DNA of 64,000 nucleotides from a virus, in the IMG/VR virus record IMGVR_UViG_3300032046_000010, positions 29,063 to 93,062 of that record. One strand, 5' to 3'. Positions within the stretch are counted from its first letter, which is position 1; each line of letters starts with the position of its first letter. The position numbers and the translations under genes were made by a program. Shown here one piece after another: positions 17,826 to 27,951 of the stretch. The notes beneath the pieces were generated by a model. That model made no database searches and was not told the DNA's origin. It worked only from the letters and a program-made list of their open reading frames with translations.

Positions 17826-18029
17826 TCAGTGCTGGCTCGGTCCATCCTCCGGCGGAGGCTCATCCGATGGTCGTTCGCTCGGATGCTCAGATGCCCCGTT
17901 GCTCCGCCGGTTGCGCAGCTTCCGCCGCGCCTCCCGCAGTTCCTGCATGGTGGTGTCGAGCCGCTGACCGCTCTCCAGCGTGTCCTGTTCCAGTTTCTCC
18001 AACTGTGGCGTCATGTCAGCCTCCGCCAT
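17826..18029 (-). CDS. Small coiled-coil hypothetical protein
   Basis: Overlaps the stop of the upstream gene; heptad pattern. Confidence 0.5.
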   Translation of the reverse strand: MAEADMTPQLEKLEQDTLESGQRLDTTMQELREARRKLRNRRSNGASEHPSERPSDEPPPEDGPSQH

Positions 18030-18276
18030 CCCCCAGCCCCTCTGTGAACTTCTTGTAGGGGCAATCCTCGCATGACTCGTTCAGGTCAGTGATGGCACCC
18101 GTGACCTCCGTCGCCAACTGGGCGTTCCGGGTAGCGTCTGCTACCAGCTGCTCTGTGTAGCGCCGGTACAGGTCCCACATCTGCCGGTCCCGCTTCCAAA
18201 GTGCCAGGAGTGCCAGGAGGCACACCAGCCCCAGAACACCTCGCTCAAGGAAAGCTGCGATGATCTGCTCGGTCAT
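18016..18276 (-). CDS. Holin-like protein (BhlA/UviB type)
   Basis: Single N-terminal TM (GVLGLVCLLALLAL) followed by a charged helix; 86 aa. Confidence 0.55.
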   Translation of the reverse strand: MTEQIIAAFLERGVLGLVCLLALLALWKRDRQMWDLYRRYTEQLVADATRNAQLATEVTGAITDLNESCEDCPYKKFTEGLGDGGG

Positions 18277-18279
18277 GGC

Positions 18280-18747
18280 TCACATGCACTCCAACAGCGC
18301 TACTCCCCCGAACACCAGCCCGATTCCACCAACCAACCCGATGATGATCCCGATGGTCAGCGCGTAGCGGTCCCACCAGGACTCCTCACTGATGGTGGCC
18401 ACTTGTCGCATCGCGCCTTCGTAGATGGTCTGTTGCTCTTCCAGCAAAGATGCTCGGATGCCGGCCAGCCCTTGGGCTTCCTGTAGGTCCAGATCCAGCT
18501 TGAGGTAGCCCACGAACGTTGCCTCAGGCACCAGTAGCCCGTTCCACGGGGCCGACTCGCCCTGTAACAACGGAACGACCGGCGGCACATCCGGCTCCGC
18601 GTCCGGCTCCGTTGCTCCCGCGTCCGGCTCCGCCTCAGCTTCAATGGTGGCAGTTCCACCGTCAGTGCTGTCCGCAAACGCCAGCTGGGGCAGGAGTAGC
18701 GGCGGGATCAAGATGGGCAGCAGGAACACGTATTGCGCTGGTATCAT
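18280..18747 (-). CDS. Exported/membrane protein, possible spanin component
   Basis: Signal peptide ending LAFA-D, coiled coil and C-terminal TM. Confidence 0.5.
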   Translation of the reverse strand: MIPAQYVFLLPILIPPLLLPQLAFADSTDGGTATIEAEAEPDAGATEPDAEPDVPPVVPLLQGESAPWNGLLVPEATFVGYLKLDLDLQEAQGLAGIRASLLEEQQTIYEGAMRQVATISEESWWDRYALTIGIIIGLVGGIGLVFGGVALLECM

Positions 18748-19052
18748 CGTCGCTTCATCCTGTTGGCGAAGTCCGCCAAAGCCATCAGCCTGTACTTGTC
18801 GTTCTTGATTGCGCTGATGGTGGTCAGTTCCTTCTTGGCCTGCTCGACTTGCGCTGTGAGCAGACGCTCCTGAGCTTCCGCTCGCCGCTTGGCCAAGTTG
18901 GCGTCATCGATGGCCTTGAGCAGCTTGGCGTCCGTGGGAGTGGACTTCCACTTGACCAGGACGATGATCAGCGCCGCGATGGCGATGATCGCAATGACCA
19001 GGAACACCCAACCCGCCGTTCCCATCGCTCCCTCCCTCACCACCACGGCCAA
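18744..19052 (-). CDS. i-spanin-like membrane protein
   Basis: N-terminal TM followed by a coiled coil. Confidence 0.5.
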   Translation of the reverse strand: MAVVVREGAMGTAGWVFLVIAIIAIAALIIVLVKWKSTPTDAKLLKAIDDANLAKRRAEAQERLLTAQVEQAKKELTTISAIKNDKYRLMALADFANRMKRR

Positions 19053-19510
19053 CGGTCGTTCCCGGCCTCTGGGCCTAGACCGCCGATGGCCTCCCCCGCT
19101 TGACGCCTTGCGTCCAGTTCAAACGGGTTGGCGGAGTAGCTGTGGAGGCTCCGGCATGCGAGCCAGATCACCACGCTCATCTGGGCGTAGAACACCCAGT
19201 GGATCAGGCCCAGGATCAGCTGCTGCTTCAGGTGTACCCGCTCATGTAGCCGGGTCCGCTGGTCCTTGTAGCTGTTCTCACTCGTGTAGACCACGAACCA
19301 GCCCAGGGAGAATGCGGACCAGTTGGACTTGCTCATCCGCGAACCCGGCTCCACCGTCAGGTCCCAAGCTCCCTCGCGCCATCCCCGCCATGTCAGTTGA
19401 CGGAAGGCAAGCAGCGGTCCCAGGTAGAACAGGAACCCCAGCACCATCGTGGGAAGGGACCAGATGCCCACGAGGATGCGGACCGCCCAGTTGCGAGGCC
19501 AGTGAGACAT
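19037..19510 (-). CDS. Membrane-associated HExxH zincin-like protein
   Basis: HERVHLKQQ...NPFELDA motif flanked by hydrophobic helices. Confidence 0.6.
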   Translation of the reverse strand: MSHWPRNWAVRILVGIWSLPTMVLGFLFYLGPLLAFRQLTWRGWREGAWDLTVEPGSRMSKSNWSAFSLGWFVVYTSENSYKDQRTRLHERVHLKQQLILGLIHWVFYAQMSVVIWLACRSLHSYSANPFELDARRQAGEAIGGLGPEAGNDRWPWW

Positions 19511-19520
19511 CGCCGCCCCG

Positions 19521-20123
19521 CTAGCCAGTCCCGGTGCGCTTGGCGCGGCCGGTCGGAGTGACCGTGTTCATCAGCTCGTTGAAGCCGGATGACCCCAGTG
19601 CCGCTCCGATGCCGCCTAGGAGTGCGCTCCACCAGACGACACCGCCGTTCATCGCTGCGAACACGGAACCCGCTAGGCCCAGCACCAGTGCAATGAGGGG
19701 TCTGAGCCATTTGCGGACTCCCAGCAGCGTCTTGATGAAGCCCAGCTTGGTGATCTGGATCAGCAAGTAGATGAGCGCCGTCAGGCCTGCGATCCATCCT
19801 TGCGTCTTCCAGATGTCGAAGGTGTCGCCTGCGCCCTTGACGATGTCGCCCACGGTCGGCTCCGGTTCCGTTCCGCCGTCGCCTTCTGCGTCACCCACCT
19901 GCGTGGCTCCTGCGTCGCCGGTGCTGGTGTTGGTGGTGCCTTCGGGCGGAGGTACATCCACCGCAACTGCGGCATCTGCGGTGGATTCCGCAACGGGTGC
20001 CGCCGGAGCCGCATCCGTGACAGCCGTGGCCTCCGTGTGGAGCGCCGCAACCGCTCCCGCGCCCTGTGCGGACGCGGAAGCCGCGAACACGAACATCAGG
20101 AACGTGACCAGGATTGCTTTCAT
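19521..20123 (-). CDS. Membrane protein with signal peptide and holin-like C-terminal TM helices
   Basis: ASA signal peptide, A/T/P linker and three TM segments. Confidence 0.6.
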   Translation of the reverse strand: MKAILVTFLMFVFAASASAQGAGAVAALHTEATAVTDAAPAAPVAESTADAAVAVDVPPPEGTTNTSTGDAGATQVGDAEGDGGTEPEPTVGDIVKGAGDTFDIWKTQGWIAGLTALIYLLIQITKLGFIKTLLGVRKWLRPLIALVLGLAGSVFAAMNGGVVWWSALLGGIGAALGSSGFNELMNTVTPTGRAKRTGTG

Positions 20124-20578
20124 GACAGACCTTCCTTCCCCTTGCCCCCAGCTTCATCGCTGTCGGGCGGTGTCGGCGGTAGCAACGGACCACCCGCCGC
20201 TCCCCGCATGCGTCCGGCGAGGGCAAGCGCCTCAGCGCGCTTCGCCTCCGCCTTGGCCTTGATGTCAACCAGTTCCGGCGGCAGTGTGCGAGGCTCGCTG
20301 GGGTCCAGCTTCCCGGTCGGCTCGCCGCCGGTCGCCGCCGGGGCGTCAAACTCCAGCAGCATCGCCTCGATGGACTCCTGCGCGCCGATGGCCTTGAGGT
20401 GTTGCGATTCTGCTTCCTCCAAGTCATGTCGCAGCTTGGTCACGATGGATTCCATCCGCTGTCGCAACCCGTTGGTCTTGTGCCACTTGTCAATCAAGTA
20501 GCCCGTGGTGCCCTTGCGAGCCTCCTGCGGGGTCTGAAGGATGGCGGCCAACTTCTGTTTCGCATCGTTCAAGTTCAT
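20120..20578 (-). CDS. Hypothetical coiled-coil protein
   Basis: AGGAGG SD; ATGA coupling. Confidence 0.65.
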   Translation of the reverse strand: MNLNDAKQKLAAILQTPQEARKGTTGYLIDKWHKTNGLRQRMESIVTKLRHDLEEAESQHLKAIGAQESIEAMLLEFDAPAATGGEPTGKLDPSEPRTLPPELVDIKAKAEAKRAEALALAGRMRGAAGGPLLPPTPPDSDEAGGKGKEGLS

Positions 20579-21079
20579 CTAAGCACCTCCTGCGCCGAAG
20601 TCTAGCGGTTTGAGTTTGCGACGTTCGCTCTGCTTGCGTCGTTCAGCAGGGTCCGACCAGCGACGGAAAGCTGCGCATCGTAGTTTCTCAATGTGTCGAG
20701 CAGTCGGAGAAACTCCTGTTTTGGCAGCGCTGATTCTGTGTCGAATCTCAGATGTCATTGTGACACCGTCGCCGCCGTCCGTGCTATTGGTCAGACGCGC
20801 TCCCCACCCACGTAAAGTTTTGATCCAGAACCGTTCAGCGCTGTCCAGCATTGACAGCGGAACCTCGGTCAACCTGACTATGGATGGACGCAAACCGTTG
20901 GTCACCAATGCTCTGATCCAACGAACACGGTGGAACTGGTATCTCTGGCATCCGGCATCTCGCATATGGGATGCCAAACGTGAACTGAGCGCAACACTTG
21001 TTTGTCCCACGTATCGGATCTGTCCGTCGCGGGGGTCGGTGAGTGCGTAGATGTATCCGACCTGTACCATTTTCATCAC
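20579..21079 (-). CDS. GIY-YIG homing endonuclease (free-standing)
   Basis: GYIYALTDPRDGQIRYVGQT, R..H, ERFWI and N..GG, with a NUMOD3-like tail; lower GC than its neighbours. Confidence 0.88.
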   Translation of the reverse strand: MMKMVQVGYIYALTDPRDGQIRYVGQTSVALSSRLASHMRDAGCQRYQFHRVRWIRALVTNGLRPSIVRLTEVPLSMLDSAERFWIKTLRGWGARLTNSTDGGDGVTMTSEIRHRISAAKTGVSPTARHIEKLRCAAFRRWSDPAERRKQSERRKLKPLDFGAGGA

Positions 21080-21083
21080 AAGA

Positions 21084-24000
21084 TCACAGGTTGTTGTTCA
21101 CCGCGTTAGCTCCGATCATGTTCGCTGCCGCAAGGTCCCGCACGTTGCCTCCGGGGCAAACACAGCGGTTCAGCTGCCCGATGTTGTTCGAACTTCCAAC
21201 TGCGAACGTCACACCCCAAGCACCAGCCGTCAACGTGGACGTTACGTTGGAGCTGACCACGTTGCCGTTGCTGCTGACGTAGATGATGTCCAGCTGGATC
21301 GTCCCTGACAGCGGGTTCACGATGCCGGCCTGTCCGATACCGTTCATGACGTTGCCAGTGATCGAACAAGCTCCGCTGGTTCCGGCCGGAGACCAGATGG
21401 CATGACCCAGGATGTTGCGGAAGTAGTTGCCGGTGATGGCAGTGTAGGTTGCGCTGGCGTAGATGCCAATGCCACCGTTGACGTTGTTCCCGATGCGCCC
21501 CAGGTAGTTGCCGACCACCACGTGTCCCCAGCCACTGAGTCCGATTCCTACCGCACTGGTCGCAGCATCGCTGTTCCAGATTTCAACATGGTTGCCGATG
21601 ACAACGCAATCGTATGTAGACTGGAGTCTGATGCCCCAGGTCCCGCCTCCCGCTCCCATCATCTTGCCTTCAACGTGATTGCCGGTGATGATGTGGCCGG
21701 TCCCCAACGCTCTGATCCCTGCCGCACCGACTCCGCCACCTTGGGCTCCGTGACCCCAAACTAGGTTGTTTGAGATCACGTCGTATCCGCCCTCCACCAA
21801 GATGCCTTCGCGGTAGAACATCTCAACGCAGATGTTCCCATCAATCACGCATCGCTGCGGGGAACCTCCGCCCACCCAGATGCCGCCGTCGCCGTAGTAA
21901 CTGATGTTGTTGGTGACGGCGCATTCCCATCCGTTCACTGTGATGTCGAATGCTGTGGTGTAGCCACCACCATTGTAGTAGCAGATGTTGCCATCGTAGA
22001 CCGACTGCCATGCCGCGCTGTAGATGGCTCCGGCTGAGTTGGTTTGCCCGGTGTCCATGACCAAGTTGTCGTTGACCTGGAACATCGCAGCGCTGGGAGA
22101 CCAACAGAGGAAACCGAAGTCATGCATGACGGAGATGGTGTTGGACAGGAACTTGAGCGCCTGGTTGTTCAGGAAGTTGAACGGGACCACCAGCGCGTCC
22201 CGCGCAAGCGTGAAGTAGTTGTCCTCCACGGTCACGCGCGTGAACCCACCACGCAGATTGATGATGTCGCAATTGGTGGAGTACCCGCCGTTGAACAAGT
22301 TGTTCTGGATGTAGATGTCTTCGACAACATCGAAGTCGAACACGTATTCATTGGGGCTTCCGCTAGCGCCGGAGCGCCAGATGTAGTTGCCTTCCCAACG
22401 GCTGTTCGAAACAGGCATCCCCAACCCGCCGGTGGTGAACACATAGTCCAGGAATCCGGCCTGAACCTCGTTGCCCTGGAACTTGAACCGCTTGATGCCG
22501 GAACCCACATCAACCAGGGCGCAGAACGTGCCGCCCGCGCCTCCGCCGTACGCAAAGAGTGTATCACGCATCGTCACGTCGCTGCACTGGATGTAGAACA
22601 GCGGAGCGCCGGTGAACGACCACGACACCATCGAGTTGGATTGCTTCAGATTGGACCGAATGGTCACAGGTGTGTTGATGCTGATCGTCTGCGTCTCCAC
22701 CAACGGCCCACTGATAACGATCTCCACAGGCGCGTAGCGATGCGGGACCACGCCCCACACGTTGGTGGCCAAGTTGACCCAATCCACCGCCGCCTTCAAG
22801 CTCTGGAAGTTGTAGATGCGCGGGTTGCCGGGTCCGGCGAAGCCGACCGGCCCCACGGTCACCGACACGTTCCGGTCACTCTGACTGGTGAAGAACCGGA
22901 GATCAGACAGTCCGCTCAGGTTGGCTCCATCGCTGTACACGGAACAGATCTGAACGTATCCGTCCGTGAAAGCCGTTGTGTAGGTCAGGGTGGATACAAG
23001 TGCCCCGGTGTCGTCCACATACACGTAGTAGGTTCCAGGCACAGGGAAAGCGAAGCTGATTGGGGAAAGCAGTGCTTCACGAATACACCTGAGACCGCTT
23101 CCGTTGTCTTTGGCAATCAGCACGCTTCCGGCTGTGAAGCCCAGTGATGTACCAATCCCAATAGAAGGCTCGATGCCGTAGTTGACACCACATGCGAAGT
23201 GGTTGGACTCGATGTCTTGTGCCTCGTTGAGCGACTCCACGATGGACGGATGCGTGAAGTGGCTCATCTGTCCCCACGTAGGCAGCATCACATCGAATCC
23301 AGACAGGTTGACCCCGCCCGCTCCGAACGTGTATGGATCCCTGAAGTTGAGATCCGCTCCGCCGTATGTGATGGAGTCGATGATGGCGGTGGCACCAGCA
23401 AGGTACAGGGTGCCGTCCAAGTACACGGAGTGCGTGAAGCCGGTCCCGGCTCCCCAAAAGAACGACATGGGAGCGCCGGCAGGCCACGGGCCAGCGCCGG
23501 TGACCTCAAAGAACATGTAGCCAGCGCCCTCATAGATGCTGTAGTCATCAAACTGGAACTCTGAGGACGAAGACATGACCAAGTTGCCGATGAGGTCCAC
23601 GTCGCCGCCGATGTAGGTGTCGCCATCCTCATCGACTCCGAACACCCTGGCAGCCAGCGCGTCCAAGACTGTGATCTGATCCTCGTTGACATCGAGCACA
23701 TCGGCCGTGACCTGGACCTTGGTGTCACCATGGATGTCGATGCGCGTGATCTCGGACCACGCACTTGCGGTCCACGCGATGACGTGCTGGTCCACCGTGC
23801 TGATCTGGCCTGGCAGAACCGGAGTGCCCGGCCCGCCTCCGGTGATGGCGGCGAGGAACAGCACGCCCGGGGTGGTCCGCAAGTCACCGCTGGTCTGGCG
23901 CTGGAAAGTCACGCCCAGCTCCTGGACCTTGTAGTCGGCCGGGGTCGTGCTGACGCTTCCGGCCATCTGCCCCAGGAGCCCACCGGTGTCGATGAAGTTG

Positions 24001-24578
24001 TTGAAGCCATTCCACTGAACGGCGCAGGTCTCAAAGGCTGCAGCTGGGATGTCGATCAGCGGGTTGGTCAACCAGATCTTGACGTTGCGTCCCACGTGGC
24101 TGACACCAGGCTCGGTGACACTATTCACGATGACACGAACAAACGCGCCCATGTCGGTCACCAGGTTGGGAGTCCCCAGGTTGCCGATGCTCTCCTTGTA
24201 CTGGGTGTAGTGCTTCCAACCCGTCCGGGGGTTGACCTCAACGCCGTCCTCCACGATGACGTGACGCAACCCCAGATGGTACACCACGCCCAGGCTGTTC
24301 TCGAACAGGATGTTGCTCAACAGCGGGTCGGCCGCGCCGAACTCGATGGTGTATCCATCTCCGCTCGCTCCGGCAAACGCAGCCGTGATCCTCACACCGT
24401 CCACGAATGCCGTGGGGATGACCGGCGTGAGCACATCGAAGCTGCCATCGTCGTTGAACACCCGGCTGTGGATGTCGATCTCCCTGTCGCGCAGGTAGTC
24501 CAGAAAGCCGGTGCGCAGCTGATCGTAGGGCAGCAGCTTCTTGGAGTACAGGTTCGTGAAAACAGCGCCGGTTCCCAT
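21084..24578 (-). CDS. Tail spike/fibre with right-handed parallel beta-helix (depolymerase-like)
   Basis: 1164 aa, follows the baseplate genes; FQSLKAAVD, then many I/V-x-G/N-N repeats. Confidence 0.85.
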   Translation of the reverse strand: MGTGAVFTNLYSKKLLPYDQLRTGFLDYLRDREIDIHSRVFNDDGSFDVLTPVIPTAFVDGVRITAAFAGASGDGYTIEFGAADPLLSNILFENSLGVVYHLGLRHVIVEDGVEVNPRTGWKHYTQYKESIGNLGTPNLVTDMGAFVRVIVNSVTEPGVSHVGRNVKIWLTNPLIDIPAAAFETCAVQWNGFNNFIDTGGLLGQMAGSVSTTPADYKVQELGVTFQRQTSGDLRTTPGVLFLAAITGGGPGTPVLPGQISTVDQHVIAWTASAWSEITRIDIHGDTKVQVTADVLDVNEDQITVLDALAARVFGVDEDGDTYIGGDVDLIGNLVMSSSSEFQFDDYSIYEGAGYMFFEVTGAGPWPAGAPMSFFWGAGTGFTHSVYLDGTLYLAGATAIIDSITYGGADLNFRDPYTFGAGGVNLSGFDVMLPTWGQMSHFTHPSIVESLNEAQDIESNHFACGVNYGIEPSIGIGTSLGFTAGSVLIAKDNGSGLRCIREALLSPISFAFPVPGTYYVYVDDTGALVSTLTYTTAFTDGYVQICSVYSDGANLSGLSDLRFFTSQSDRNVSVTVGPVGFAGPGNPRIYNFQSLKAAVDWVNLATNVWGVVPHRYAPVEIVISGPLVETQTISINTPVTIRSNLKQSNSMVSWSFTGAPLFYIQCSDVTMRDTLFAYGGGAGGTFCALVDVGSGIKRFKFQGNEVQAGFLDYVFTTGGLGMPVSNSRWEGNYIWRSGASGSPNEYVFDFDVVEDIYIQNNLFNGGYSTNCDIINLRGGFTRVTVEDNYFTLARDALVVPFNFLNNQALKFLSNTISVMHDFGFLCWSPSAAMFQVNDNLVMDTGQTNSAGAIYSAAWQSVYDGNICYYNGGGYTTAFDITVNGWECAVTNNISYYGDGGIWVGGGSPQRCVIDGNICVEMFYREGILVEGGYDVISNNLVWGHGAQGGGVGAAGIRALGTGHIITGNHVEGKMMGAGGGTWGIRLQSTYDCVVIGNHVEIWNSDAATSAVGIGLSGWGHVVVGNYLGRIGNNVNGGIGIYASATYTAITGNYFRNILGHAIWSPAGTSGACSITGNVMNGIGQAGIVNPLSGTIQLDIIYVSSNGNVVSSNVTSTLTAGAWGVTFAVGSSNNIGQLNRCVCPGGNVRDLAAANMIGANAVNNNL

Positions 24579-24590
24579 CTCAGACCTCCA

Positions 24591-25763
24591 TCACAGGACC
24601 CAGTTGTAGCTCTCTGTGGTCCCGCTCGGCTCGATGATCGCCCAACGGAGCGGTTCACGGAACAGCTCCACGTTATCCACTTCCACGTCGTTGACCAGGG
24701 CCACATGAGCCATCTTGCCGTAGGCTGGCACAGGCCCAACGCCTCCCGCCGCGATGACCTGCGTGCTGTCGATGAACACCAAGGCCCCCAACCCTGCGAG
24801 CGCCCTGATGCGCAGCTTGTACCAGGCGTCCACAGCGATGGGGAATGAGGCGGATACCAACATGACGTTCAACCCGCCGACCACCCGCCAAAGCTCCACG
24901 TTGTTGAGAACGCCGGGGTACACGTTCACGTAGAAGTAGTCATTGATTGACTGCGTGAAGAACCAGAACTGGTGCCCAACGCCTGGTCCCGCCGGTCCAG
25001 TGATCTTGAACTTGTGCATCGTGATGATGTTGGTGAACGCCGTGGCTCCCTGGATGGGGATGGACGGGACCTCGATTGACCCGGCCGGGATTCTGAACGT
25101 CAGAGCCGTCGTGATCGTCGCCGGAGCGCCGGACAGCGTGGTCCACTTGCCTCGCCCCTCGTTGAACTGGTCCATGAAGTCCACCAGCGAGACTTCAAAC
25201 CGCTCCGACAGCGGGCGCATGATCTCCAGGACTCGCAGCAGCAGTTCTTCATCCAGGTTGCCATCGTCCATCACACGAATCTGTGAGGTGTACTCATCAA
25301 ACCGGGTGATGGCATCCCCGATGATCCAGAAGTCGAAGCCGATCTGCTCTTCGCCCAGGATGGTCTCACCGACGATGACACGAAAGTCGAACCAGTTGCG
25401 GATGTAGGGTGTCTTGCCCGTCAACAGCCGGATGGCGACCTCCGCCCCCAGCTCAGTGTACAACCGCTTCCAGAGCGCCGCTGCCGCTAGGATGAGCTTG
25501 CGTTTGGTGGAGGGTGACAACCTGTCGAGGATGGCGCTGTAGCGGCTGGTGAAGCCGACGATGGCGGCCAGGTAGTCCAGCAGGTCATCCGGGCACAGTT
25601 CCGGGTTGATGAGATTGGGGAGTGCCTGGATGCGCGCTTCAACCCAATCGCGCCAGTACTGTGGCCGCTCCAAGTATCGCTTCAGGAACAGACCGCCCGC
25701 ATCCCGGTCCTGATCACGGATGGGCCGGATGAGCCCTTTGTACAGGTCGAAGGTCGTCATCAT
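24591..25763 (-). CDS. Baseplate wedge protein (P2 gpI-like) with C-terminal beta-sandwich
   Basis: NPELCPDDLLDYLAAIVG...KRKLILAAAALWK typical of gpI; follows baseplate J. Confidence 0.8.
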   Translation of the reverse strand: MMTTFDLYKGLIRPIRDQDRDAGGLFLKRYLERPQYWRDWVEARIQALPNLINPELCPDDLLDYLAAIVGFTSRYSAILDRLSPSTKRKLILAAAALWKRLYTELGAEVAIRLLTGKTPYIRNWFDFRVIVGETILGEEQIGFDFWIIGDAITRFDEYTSQIRVMDDGNLDEELLLRVLEIMRPLSERFEVSLVDFMDQFNEGRGKWTTLSGAPATITTALTFRIPAGSIEVPSIPIQGATAFTNIITMHKFKITGPAGPGVGHQFWFFTQSINDYFYVNVYPGVLNNVELWRVVGGLNVMLVSASFPIAVDAWYKLRIRALAGLGALVFIDSTQVIAAGGVGPVPAYGKMAHVALVNDVEVDNVELFREPLRWAIIEPSGTTESYNWVL

Positions 25764-25769
25764 CCGCTC

Positions 25770-27950
25770 CTACGGCACCAGCGTGATCGTGACGGTCCCG
25801 ATGATGGGCAACTCCTGAGCCGTCAGGATGGTGTCTGTCGCAGGAGTCACCACGATCACGTTGCGCGGCCGGGGGTCCGATTCCATGATGGCCGTCACGA
25901 TCTTGGAAACCGGGATCAGCTCACCGAACTCCCACTCCCATTCCGTGCTTTCTGTCCCGTCGCTGTTCTTCAGCTTCGCTTCTGGATTGAGCAGGGCTGT
26001 CACAGCCGCAACTGCTGACGTGAGGTTCCCGCCATAGACTGTGGCCACGACGTTGATGACCCTGGGTGTGTAGTTGACGGCCACGACCTGCTGGTTCATC
26101 ACGATGATGCCCCTGATCTTGCGGGCTGTGTCACCGTTGAAGTAGGTTTCCAGGTCGTCCAGCTCATCCGAAGTCGCCAACAGCCCGCCGTTCTTGACCA
26201 GCACCACCTCGACCGTCTTGGGGCCAAACCCTCCCTCAATTGCCAAGGCTCTGCTGAACAGGTCGGAGCCATCCGTGGTCTTGTACGACTCCACCAGATC
26301 TACCACATCCGGCACTGATGTCGCCTTCCCGAAGTTGCGTAGTGAAGCTGGACCCAGGATCTTGGCCCGCTCCAATCCTTGCGGCGTGCTACCTTCCTTC
26401 GGCGCGTAGCCCTCTGCGACACGTGGGTTGCTGACGTCTGCGATGTAGGCCACGCCGCTCCGGTTCACGACGATGGTGTTGGAACCGACGTTGCCATCCT
26501 GGTCCTCCATCGTGCGGTAGGTCGCCCTGATGTTGTCGATGCCTGCCGCCGGGACCTTCCCGTTCACACCGTCACCGAACGCGATAGTGGCTCGCCCGTC
26601 GCTGTCGAACGTGACCCTGTAGTGCTTGTCGCTGCCGTTGGAGGTGAGGAACGTCGCAACACGGGTCCAGACTTCCTCAATCGCCCCTTCGGTCACGTAG
26701 ACCATGATGCCGCTGTCCAGGACCGGGAACCGCGCCAGCGTGCACTCCTGGTCCGGCAACCCGGTGGATGAGGCCAGCGGAGCATCCTCCCGGCTCCGAC
26801 CTTGGACTACATCCGTGAAGGCATATTGTTTGCCGTACTGGATGAGGATCTTGGTCAACGTAGGAGCCACGGGCGCGAACACACTGATGATGCGGAACCT
26901 GATCCAGTACGCAGTGATGCCGTTGATCTCGGTCTTGGTCCACCACTTCGTTGCGCTCTTGGGGACCGTGTAGTCCACGTCCCTCAAACCTGGAGCGGCC
27001 GTGAAGCTGACGCTCGCGTCAACAGAGTCGTCCATCTCATCCCAATCGCGTCCCACGGTGTAGTCACGCAAGTCCAGCGACGGGACGGTCTGTCCAAGGA
27101 ATCCGACCGTGTCCACGCGGTTCACGCCGCCGACGTAGGCGCTGGCGATGTCCTGGTACGCTCCAGTCTGGTTACACCTGACGCGGATGGTGGTCCCGGT
27201 ACGGCTGGCCGTTCCCATCAGTCCGTTCAGTTCCAGCCGGAGGCCCGTGCCGATGTTGGTCACGTTGTCAGGCTTGCCATCGTCCCAATCGCCGTCATAG
27301 AACTCCCAGACACCGACAATGCCGGTGGCGGAGCCGATGATGGTGTTGCGCACCTTGTTCCACCCGATGGAAGTGTGCCCGAAGTACAAGATGTCACCAG
27401 GTGTGGCTCCGGCTCCCCAAGTCGGAGACCACGGCCCGGCTCCGTTGGCGTTGGCTGTTTCGTCCGTGTAGGCGAGCAGCACACCATCGTAGGCGAAACA
27501 AGCGACCAACTGATCCGTCCGCAAGGTTGAGAACAGTTCTGACACCTCATACTCGATGGGTGGCTCCGTCGCCGTCGCCCGCGTGGCGAACACAGCGCCC
27601 TTCGGGATGAGGTTGACAGTCGATGTGAAGGCCTGCGATAGCCTGTGGACCAACACAGCATCGGCCGGACTGGTCTGCGCCAGCTGATAGTCGATCAGCG
27701 CCAAGAGCGCCACCACGCTGTCACGGAGCCGTGCCGTGGGCAGGAACATCTCGTTGGCCGTGATGTCGAGCAGCACGTTGTTGAGGTGGGTGCTGGCGCA
27801 AATCACGGACGCCAGTTGCATGAACGGTTCCTCTGGCGACTCGTCCAGCGACAGCCCCTGGTCCCTGAAGTACTGGATCACGTCTTCAAGAAGCTCTCCA
27901 TAGTAGAACCCTGACCATTCAAAGGTCGGAACGCTCACTGTGGCCGTCAT
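25770..27950 (-). CDS. Baseplate J-like protein
   Basis: NEMFLPTARLRDSV, FGDGVNGKVP, GNVGSNTI and EGLERAK motifs. Confidence 0.88.
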   Translation of the reverse strand: MTATVSVPTFEWSGFYYGELLEDVIQYFRDQGLSLDESPEEPFMQLASVICASTHLNNVLLDITANEMFLPTARLRDSVVALLALIDYQLAQTSPADAVLVHRLSQAFTSTVNLIPKGAVFATRATATEPPIEYEVSELFSTLRTDQLVACFAYDGVLLAYTDETANANGAGPWSPTWGAGATPGDILYFGHTSIGWNKVRNTIIGSATGIVGVWEFYDGDWDDGKPDNVTNIGTGLRLELNGLMGTASRTGTTIRVRCNQTGAYQDIASAYVGGVNRVDTVGFLGQTVPSLDLRDYTVGRDWDEMDDSVDASVSFTAAPGLRDVDYTVPKSATKWWTKTEINGITAYWIRFRIISVFAPVAPTLTKILIQYGKQYAFTDVVQGRSREDAPLASSTGLPDQECTLARFPVLDSGIMVYVTEGAIEEVWTRVATFLTSNGSDKHYRVTFDSDGRATIAFGDGVNGKVPAAGIDNIRATYRTMEDQDGNVGSNTIVVNRSGVAYIADVSNPRVAEGYAPKEGSTPQGLERAKILGPASLRNFGKATSVPDVVDLVESYKTTDGSDLFSRALAIEGGFGPKTVEVVLVKNGGLLATSDELDDLETYFNGDTARKIRGIIVMNQQVVAVNYTPRVINVVATVYGGNLTSAVAAVTALLNPEAKLKNSDGTESTEWEWEFGELIPVSKIVTAIMESDPRPRNVIVVTPATDTILTAQELPIIGTVTITLVP

Positions 27951-27951
27951 C

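Noticed and set aside
21084-24578. Diversity-generating retroelement target in the tail spike
   Set aside because: No reverse transcriptase or TR/VR repeat pair was seen in the window.
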